Made by a program: the position numbers and the translations under genes | The notes under the pieces: model-generated | Databases searched by the model: none | Told to the model about the DNA's origin: nothing | What the model saw: only the letters and a program-made list of their open reading frames with translations | Part shown: positions 23,801 to 34,616 of the stretch, piece by piece | Position numbering within the stretch: position 1 is the first letter of the stretch | Layout of the letters: every line of letters begins with the position of its first letter | Origin: Octopus bimaculoides | Lineage: Eukaryota | NCBI RefSeq assembly: GCF_001194135.2 | Contig: NC_068996.1 | Location: forward strand, 55,236,988 to 55,274,195 | Reading direction: 5' to 3' | DNA: 37,208 nucleotides

Positions 23801-26800
23801 TTCTTTTTATAATCTTCATAACCTGATCCAGTTTTTTAAAATTCTTCTATAAGTGCTTGTCTCTATGCTATCACCTTTGCCTTTGTAGCAGTTTACAATG
23901 ATACTGCTTCACCAGTTGCTGGTTATGACTCTCTCTTATAAGACTTAATTTACTATCTACGTGGTAATCCTGTACCTGTCCTCACCAAATATTTCCAGCA
24001 TCCCAGCAATTATCCCAGATGGTCCTGCAGCCTTCTTTCTCTTCATGACCTTCACTGCCTCATCTACTATACTGCTGTCAGCTTGAATTTGCTGGTGCCC
24101 CTATAAGATCAACATGAGATAGCCCATTTTTATCCCATGTGTTTTCCATACTCAAGCTGTCATAACAGCACTTCCATGCCACTTTCTTGTCTTTCCTATT
24201 GATGGCAAGTATGCTTTTATCATTCCAAGCACACTCTTCACCAATTACGTCTCAGTTCTCTCTCTCACACACTTCTTTGCAAACCTGAACACCTCTGATG
24301 CTCATTTTGCAGGACATGCACAAATCACTTTCTCTCTGCTTCACCCTTAGTCAAATATATCTGTCGTTTAGGTGATCTTTTAGCTACATGCCTATGCTTC
24401 CTATTATTTCCACTTCCTTCCAAGTTTCCAAAACTTGTTTCTTGGTCTTTGTAGCTGTATCAACAGAGTATTGTTCCACCACCACATTACTTCCATTCCG
24501 GTTGGGACTTTGCTCCAGACACATGTCTGATCAGTGGCCCTGAGCATGCTACTTTGTAAAAATTCCCAATTTCCATCTACATTACACGTGTCTAAGTCTA
24601 CATTGTTGCAGTCATATGCATCAGTTAGTACTTCTCTGAATCTCTTTCCAATTGCAGGCCTTTAGTTTCTATATTTTCCTTCTCCATGTTGTCGTTCATC
24701 ACTGGGTGTCTTCCTGGCCCTAATTCTGAAGTCACTAACCATTAATCTGTGTTGTGCAGAGCATTCTTCACAAGGAAAGATTTTGGCATTTACAATAGAT
24801 GTTCTGAAAAAGCAAATGTTGTGAGGTCCCTTTAGTCAGTCTCACTGAGCACTCATTAATCACTCCAGTACTGGTTCTTTGATAAAAACACACTCTATAA
24901 AGTAGTCGGCGATTGGAAGGGTATCTGGTAGTAGAAATAAACCCAAGTACCCATCTATTAAGAAGCGTGGCCTCCAATAACAAATGACAGATTGTGATGA
25001 CTTGTTTGACCCATGTTAGCCTAGAAAGTAGATAGAAAATGATCAACCTGACGTTATGGTAGAAACATTTGTATAAAGATGCTGTGCAACAGGGTTGAAC
25101 CCCAAAACAAGAGGTTGCTAGGCATGCTTTTCAATGACCCAGCCATGCTTGTGCTCAGACAAAGAAGTCCTTGACTTAAAATGGATTGGACATAGCTGGA
25201 AAACTTCTGATTAATAAATCTACTCCCTTAGAACTGAATTGGGGTTAAACAGAAACAACAATTTTAAATTTTAGTAAACAATCTGAAAATTTCGTGAAAA
25301 TTAAAACTAAAGCCATTTTAATGAATTGTACAAGTAGGTCCTTACCTGTTTGGCAAAACTGAGTACATCTGGGTCTTTGTCAGATCTGAGTATTTTGCTG
25401 ACAACATTACAGAGATCAGATAAGCGGGCATCATCTTCGGGTAAATTTAGTGTTTGTTTCATGCACGGAATGAATCTACAGAGTTTTAAGCGAATATTTG
25501 GAACTGGATCACAATATAGACTAAGGGCATTATCAAAGAGCTTCTCTTTGAAAAATGATTTAGAATATATATCTAAACTGATGCTGCAAACATCAAGAAA
25601 AAGACTTCGAAAATAGCAGTTACCCACGGACAATTCTGTAAAGAAACAAAATGTTACATTTTAAAAATATGTTCTCAAAATTACCTGTCAAATAATGACT
25701 AGTGTAGTAACCGAGGGAGATAAATCGAATTAGTTTTGGCTTATTTCCCTTGTGGGACCGATCAAGAAGACGATATATATATATCGATCAATAGATGTAC
25801 ACATTTATGTGTACATATGTTCCTTTTTAATTTATGATTTTGGTTTCTCAGACTGGGGAAAAAAATTGAAAAACCACTGTTATACATTAAAACCTAACAT
25901 GTAAGCACATCCGGATCTTTGTGATTTGACGGGCAACACTTGTTTTCTTAACAAAACACTTTCAAACTTGGGACACTGGTAGAATGTGTCATACAAAACA
26001 ACTTTTTCTCTTAGCCTTCTTAACAAAAAATTGTACATCGCAAGTTATTTCATGTTAAAATTGTCGTATTTCTGTAATTTCAACCAATCACTGACATCTA
26101 TTCAGCTGAATACAGTCAGTGCTGGCCGGTCATAAAAATGTTATTCCCTGTGACATATTTCATCCGGTTTAATCGTAATTTATACGCATATATTGTTTAT
26201 ATAATAAATTACGCTGTGCATATCTGTGTGTGTATATTTTTCCCATAACNNNNNNNNNNNNNNNNNNNNNNNNNNNNNNNNNNNNNNNNNNNNNNNNNNN
26301 NNNNNNNNNNNNNNNNNNNNNNNNNNNNNNNNNNNNNNNNNNNNNNNNNNNNNNNNNNNNNNNNNNNNNNNGGAGGTGCATTAATAATTCTGGTAGCTCC
26401 AATAACAAGTGCAGGCAATATTCAAGTATTCCCCTTTGTTTACGAACAGTCTAGTTAATCCGAAATGTCAGAACTAACGGGGATTAATACCATATACACT
26501 GTCACAGCACTAACTGTATTCAACTGAATAGACGTCAGTGATTAGTTGAAATTATCGAAATAAGACAATTTTTAACGTGAAATAACTTCGAATACAAAAT
26601 GTATTATCTGTTCTATACCACAAAATATACAAGTATACGAAGTTTGAAAGTGTTTCGGTATCAAAAACACTACATAAAAAAATGTTGCCCGTCAAATCAC
26701 AAAGGTCCGCACATCCATTCATTGATCCAAATCTTCATGTTTCTTGATTAATCCCACAAGGAAAATAAATCAGAACTAATTCGATTTATCTCCCTTCATT

Positions 26801-27257
26801 ACTCGTCTAAACGATATTTAAATAGTATTGTTTTTAACAACATAACATTTATTGCAAATACACAAGTGTCTGATTTGCTTTAATTACTTTAATAGCTATT
26901 TTTTTTTTATATTTAAAAAGTTGGTTTTAATTTTATGAATGTCAGAAAAAATGTTTTGCAGTATCTGTTCTGGCTCTTTAAATTCTGAGTTAAAATCCTG
27001 CTTTCTTCTTTCCAGAGATGAGAAGATAAAATACCAATCTAAGGACTGGAGTTGATAGTATTAACTAACGCTGTCTCCTAAAAGTCATTGGCTCTCTGCC
27101 TCAATAAATAAGCATTATTTTCTATAAATATCATGAAATAAGGTAAAACTATAATTATTGTATGCAGGCAATATCGCCTGATGCTCGTCAAAAGCATACA
27201 GTAAATATGTTTTTACTACACAATATTCCTATCATATGATGGCTAACTCAGTAGCTA

Positions 27258-27319
<62 letters not shown>

Positions 27320-30300
27320 AAATAGTTGGCACAAAATCTACACAGATAAGAACAGAAGCTCCAGTTTTGAAACAGCTGAAGCAAACACAAGAAGTCATGC
27401 TAAGTTGATCAAATTATGTCATATAAATCCAGTCAACAATCAAAATTCCTGTCCATCCAGCTGTGAGATGCCAAAACTTATAGCTATAAACAGTACATTG
27501 ATATAAGCTGACGTGTTGTCCCATTCGCTTACACTAATAGATACACTTTCTTTTTCTGTGATATTCTAGAAATGCTTCTGCCATGACCAATAATCCAATT
27601 TAACCCTTTCGTCACCAACCTGGCTAAAACCGGTTCTGGCTCTGAGTACAAATGTGTTGTTTTCAAAAGTTCTGAATTAAAATCTTCCACCAAACCTTAG
27701 TCACAATTTATGCTCTTAACACTAGCTTAATGATAACTAAGTTATTTTACTAAATTCTTTGATATATTTAAAATTAATCGAAAGAAACACAGAGCATCTC
27801 AAAATAAATAAGGTAATGAAAGGGTTAAAGGAATTATTTCTAACATGGACACAAGACTCAAATTATTTATAGGTATGGGTATAATTAATGAGATTGATCT
27901 CAGTACATGACTGTACTCTAACAAGTCTGTTCTTAATCTGCCACCTTTAATAATAATTCTAATTTTGGAACAAGGTCAGCTATTTTGAGAGGAGGGGTAA
28001 GTTGCTTGCATCAATCTCAGTGTTCAGCTGGTACTTGTTTCATCGACACCAATAATTACTTAGCCACTCCACAAATTAGCTTACCCATTCACTAATTAGT
28101 TTATCAGATCCCTAATTAGCCTGCTAGATCACTAATTAGCCTATTACTCTAATTATGATTTCTTACATAAAGTTAAGAATATCTTTTCAGGTCTCTCTCT
28201 GCTTTCCATCTTCTTGAAAAGATTGATAAAGTAAGGTGCCAAAACAATCTTGAATAAACAAACCTGTGATCAAAGCACCCCACTTTTGTTATCAGGTACA
28301 GTGTACCTTGGACTACATTATTTTATAGGATTTTCTCCTCAAATTCATCACCAACGGACTTAGTTTTATTATCATGAGCCACAATTACATTACTGTTTAC
28401 GTTTGATTTCATCATTGCTAACTTGAATATTGTCACTGTTGGAGTGAATTTCTTTTTATAAACAGAACATTGACATCAATGATTACTTGTCACAGAATAG
28501 AAAAAAAAGAATTTAAACATTAAAATGTTTTATGAAGTATAACATGTTTTGTATAATAAAAATTGTCACACTTTACATTACTAACTATAAATATACATAC
28601 ATTTAGAACATTAGAGGGACATAAAACTATATATGTTTACAATATGAAAAAGACAAAAATAAACATCAATTTAACCTTTTATTCATTATTCCTATCTCAT
28701 AAATCTCCTTACATATTCCTAAAGAAATCCAGCAAAATCACCTTTGGTAATCAAAGTCAATATATTTACATAAAAATATTGACACTAAGACTATTTATGA
28801 AGATAATAAAGTGTAACTTAAATGACAATTAGCTGTTGTTTCTAGTATGTCAAGTGACTATAATAACTCTTTTCTCACAAATAAGCTTCATTCAAGTAAT
28901 AAAATCTCATTTAAGTCATTACAACTGCCCCCTTGCCACCTCATCCCAACAAGGTGTCAATATATAAGTAAGACATCACAAGGACTCTGGATCAAATCTA
29001 AATACTTCAAAGAGTTATGTCCTGAGTTCAAATTCTACCAGTGTCCAATAAACCTTTCAACTCTCAGGGTGAATCATAGTTTTTATTGAGGTCAGTTTTG
29101 TCTTCTTGAACATAATGCCATAAAATACAGTGTTGTGTCTTAATTACAAATTATCATCATTAATATTAACAACAACAACAACAAAAACAGTAATTGCTAA
29201 CTTGTGATAATATTTTAACTTACCCTCTGTTAACTTGTTAATAAGTTGTTCTCTATATTCAGCCTTTTTTAGAGTACGCAGGAGTGTCAAAAATGTGCGT
29301 GCCACTGCTAATTTTACAGGTAATGCCCTCTATAAAAAAAAAAATTAAAATTAAGAGACAATTATTTCAATTAAAACAAATTATTATTTTTTTAATGTTT
29401 TTTGATGAAATGATTATCATCATCATCATCATCTAATGTCTGCTTTCCATGTTGGTTGATTTCTCTAGTCATGCTTTACATTGTATAGAGAAAGGGAGAG
29501 AAAGTGTGTGTGTGTGTGAAAGAGAGAGAGAGAACACAAGAGGTGCAGGATGAGTGTCCTTTAACTTTCTGAGAAACAGATTTTTTAACTGAATTTAGCA
29601 GAGATAGGTTTTTGAAAGAGCACATAGCAATTATGCTGATAAAATTTGAAAAATAATCACAAATATTTACTGCAAGCATAGAAGTGAGAAATTTGCTTTA
29701 TTTAATTTTAATTGACTACCTACTCATCTCAAAACTACTGGTCTGCTATTTACATTAAAAACATTATTATTATTTTTCGTATGTGTATTTTGTGTGCAAG
29801 ATTCTTGATGTGGATATGTGTGTTGAAAGAAATACAATTAAACCTTGGGAGAGGCATTATGTCGGTAACAAACACACACACTGGTTCAGTCCTTTATTAA
29901 TTTATTTTTTAAATTTATATAAATTATATAAATTAATAAAGGACTGAACCAGTCCGTGTGTTTATTACCGGCATAATGCCTCTCCCAAGGTTTAATTGTA
30001 TTATTATTATTATTATTATTATTGTTATAATCCTTTTGACTCAGGTTTTGTTGGAACTCTTGGAGTCTTGCATACATAGCAAGCTTACCACCTGCATCCT
30101 ACGGTATCAGGCTATCCATTCTTTTCAATTCTCTAATACTTTCCTGATTATTCTGGCTGTGTCAAGAAGGCAAACCTTTTGTAACAGTTCGACTGGACGC
30201 TTTATTCCAATTTCCTCGATATTCCTCTTGATGCCTTCTGATACTGATCCCAAGGACCCAACAATAATTGGCACCATCTTCACCTTCTTCATTTTCCATA

Positions 30301-30772
30301 GCCAGGCTATTTCATAATTAAAAGGATTCTATATGTCTATTTTTTTAATCTTCCTTCTTGACTATTTGTGGGTCATAGGAGCATTGATTAAAATAAAATT
30401 CCTGAAGTAAAAATTACTAAACAGAGCCAATTTTATACAAATACGTACAGCTTTTTTCAGTTTAGTGTAGATCACCGGCATAATTTTTACATAAATAGTT
30501 TCTGAATTAAACCACTTTGGAAGACTAGACAGAGTAAGTACAAACTCTTCTTGTAGTCGCCAAGAATAAGAGGAGAATATCACAGATTCTGCTGCCATGA
30601 TGGCTGGAATGATTTCTGCTACCTAGAAAGAAAATCAANNNNNNNNNNNNNNNNNNNNNNNNNNNNNNNNNNNNNNNNNNNNNNNNNNNNNNNNNNNNNN
30701 NNNNNNNNNNNNNNNNNNNNNNNNAAATCAAAAAGTATGTATTTCACTTCGTGTAAATATAATTGTTTTAAA

Positions 30773-30814
<42 letters not shown>

Positions 30815-32169
30815 CTAATTCTATATGAAAATTAAGCTATACATAGAATGCAAAACTTTACTGCATAAAACTAATCCTAATTCTCATACACTTGCTGAAG
30901 CTGACTTAGCTTTTAATCCTTTCAGGGTCAATAAAATAAGTGTCGGCCAAGCACTGGGGCTGATGCAATCAACAACCCCTGGGTACGGGCATTAAAGAAA
31001 AAAAAAAAAAACATCCCTGTGCCAAGTCATGTTGAACCAGTGTGGCAGAATAAGCTCATCAAACCAGTAAGATCTCAAGCTCCAATTCACAGCCTTCACA
31101 TCAGGACCATGGTTGGTAGAGAGAACATGTTGAAGCCTTCATCCTGCAGTGGACTGAACAGAGGCAATCCAATCCAAAGGTAATATAAAATATTATTGTG
31201 TTCAAATCCTGCTGAGGTTAACTTTGATTTTCATCTGTTTGTGGTAGTTAATGCACCAAATTAAAAAGTAGGGCAAATTAAATCAACTAAACTCCTTTAA
31301 ATCCATGGCCTTACATCTAACACTAAAAACAATTATTATTTGAAATAAAGTACCAGTTAGGTACTAGGGTTGACTAACCCTCTTACCCCTAAATTTCTGA
31401 TCATGTTACAACGAACTGTTCTTATTTTGAATATATATTGTAACAAAAAAAAAAAAAACTTACTTGATTTTCTGAATGTTTATGTTTACCTAGAACTTCA
31501 AAAATTTCTGCAAGATGAGATGTAACTCCACTGAGGACCTAAAATAAGAAGAAAATTTAAGTCAATATAACTCTTTTATCACATAATCACAGAATTATAA
31601 GGAAAAGATGAAGGGGGAAAAATTGGATCATTCATCTTTTGAATATTAAGAAATAATAATAGTTTGTAATTTAAGAAGAAGGACAGGGATTAGCTTTAAT
31701 ATTGATGACATATTGTGCAATACATTTGTGTATGTTAATAAATGCACAGATATACTTGTATGTATGTGAGTGGATGCACAGATGTTCTTGTTTATAGGTG
31801 AGTGCATCTGTATCAGAGTGAATGCACAAATGAGTGTAAGGGCAAATGTGGAAGTGTGGAATACATTTTTGTTTTCCATTTGGTTTGGTTCGGAAGAATG
31901 GTCTGCAACTATGACCATGGCCATTGCAAACCCTCCAAGACTGAGAGAATTATTGTGGTTAATGTTAGTCTTCAACAACTGCAAGAGAATCCCAGAGGGA
32001 TTACATGCTGGGGTGGAAGGACTGGATGAAGTGGTTAGTATGGGGGCTTAGGATGATGAGGAACTGAGTATGTCTGAGTGGAGGCAGACCAGTTAGTTCT
32101 GAGGAGCAGAAACCACACTGTAGTAGCAGGAAGGGGAGGGAGGGAGGGAGAGAGGGGGAGGGAGAGGGG

Positions 32170-32231
<62 letters not shown>

Positions 32232-34571
32232 AGACATAGCATATCTGTGGACTCAAGATTGGAGAATGTTAGCAAGTGGCTTCATGGAAGGATGACAACT
32301 TCATCTTCCATGCTGGCATGGATTGGACAGTTTGAGAGGATGAGTCAGAGAACTGCATTGAGCTTCTATGAATTCTATAAAAACTCCATAAGAAAGTGTG
32401 TGTAAATATTTTATATATATATATATATATATACACCTTCTCCTCAACTTATGACCGAGTTCCATTCTGACTGACAGGTCGTAAGTCGATCTGGTCATAT
32501 GTCGGATTTATATTTTTCAAAACACTATTTTCATTCAAACACAACTGATGCTTGAAAGTGACTGAGTGAGCGACAGTGGCTGACAGTGGATGCCTGGGTC
32601 TAAGGGAAGCCTGCTTTCCCAGATGCTGCCATCGTTAGCATGTGCGCAGCTGCCCAATGTCTGAAAATCAAATGTTTTTATGTATTTATCTATTTTTTAT
32701 TTCCTTATTTTTTTTGTGGTTGTAAGTTGAGAAGGTGTGTATGTATGTATATGTATATATATATTACTGTACCTCTAGATTATTGTCTCTTAGAAGATCT
32801 GCAAGGTTTTTCAGTACAATCCCTGACTGAAAATCTAAAAGTTTGACCACCTGAAAATAAACAGAAAGAACGTAAATAATTTATCACAATTATCATCATG
32901 ATTAAGATACATCATCATCATCATCGTTTTAAAGTCTATTTTTCCATGCTGGCATGGGTCAGATGAGATTCACTGAATGGGACTTTTAAGGCTTGTTGCC
33001 AAAACAAGGTAATATTTCCCCTAGTCCTTTGAACATAAAACCAGTACCATGGCAAGATATGATTTCATGGAAGACTGCAAATAAACAACAGATATTTTGA
33101 GTTGTTTTTTTGTATAATGGTAGTGTTTGTTTACAACTAAACTCCATGTCAAGAAAAATAAAACAAAACATGAGCACACACACATACTAACATACATATT
33201 TACATACATACACAAAACATGGCGGACTTCCTTCATTTTAGTCAACTAAATCTGCCCACAGGGCTTTTAGGTCAACCCATGACTGTCACAGAGGACACTT
33301 GCTCAAGGTACCACTGAAACCCAAAGCTATGTATCTGCAAGATTCTTAACCAAATAGCCATAACCGTGCCTTAGCAAAAAGACATTAAGATTTGCTATCA
33401 GCAGCCACAGCTTTATTGAAATGCAGGATATAATACAGTTGAATATTGTAGACTGAAGCCAAGTAGCATCTTGATGGAGGTTGTAACAGAACTGATAACA
33501 TTGTATTCAGTCATCATTGTTATTTGGAGGAGGAAATGCAGTCGATTTGTTCAAAATAATATTTTCCTCTCCTTCACAACTTTGGCCTTATAGCTGAAGG
33601 AAATTACTGGATCAATTCTTGCTAAAGCCAACATAACCTTTCATCCTTCTGGAGGTTGATAAAATTGAGTACCAGTCAAATATTGGGGTTGATTTAATCA
33701 CCCCCCCCCCGCTTCTTCCAACCAAATTTCTTGCTTTGTAATCTAGTCTTAGTCTTTTGTTTCAGTCATTAGACTGTAGCTACGCTAGGGACACTTCAAG
33801 GAGTTTAGACAATCAGATAAGCCCCAGTATTTGATTTATGTGTGTGCGTTTGTTCTATCAGTGTCTCTTTGATGAACTGTAAAGTTACAGAAATGTAAAC
33901 AATTACCAGTTGTCAAGCAATGAAAAACAAATATGTTACACACTTTCTTTTTATGAACAGTTATATAAAAAAAAAAAAAAACAACAGCAAACAACCCCGC
34001 CCTAGTCAAACAATGATTGAAGGATCAGTCAATACTTTTTGGTAGAGTATCATTTATTTTATTCTTTTAGTATTTAATATATGTAATCAGTTATTGTTTA
34101 GTCCAAGGATAATTTCGATCGAATAGGCCTTGTGAGCAAAAGACTTCCAATTATGACCACCTTGACTTTCTTTTTACACAGTAGGATGTGATTTGAAGGA
34201 ATTTGAATGTTATTTCTAGCATAGTTAACTCGTAAACAACAGACGAGACTGTTATTAATCATAACTTTAACTACCATCATCAGTTCTCTCCCTTACCACG
34301 TGGCATTAACTTCCATCCTGTGAAACACCAAATTCTCCAAGTCATTCACATTGACATCTCACACTCTTACCACAAGCCATTTCTACAAATATTCATTATT
34401 CATTCTCTTTTACCTACAAACAGAGCTACCTTATTTTTGCTTTCTGACTGTTAAACAACTTGGAGCCTGGAAGTTGTGTGTGTTGCTCAGGGGCAAAAGC
34501 ACAATAGCTATAGTAGTAGAAAGGTTGGTAGCAAGCGTTGGTTCGGGCTTGACTCCTTTCCAGTTTAGAGG

Positions 34572-34616
<45 letters not shown>

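Noticed and set aside
32001-32275. ORFs with SLSLSL / PSPSP repeats, and CVCVCV / IYIYIY ORFs elsewhere
   Set aside because: These are translations of dinucleotide microsatellites.
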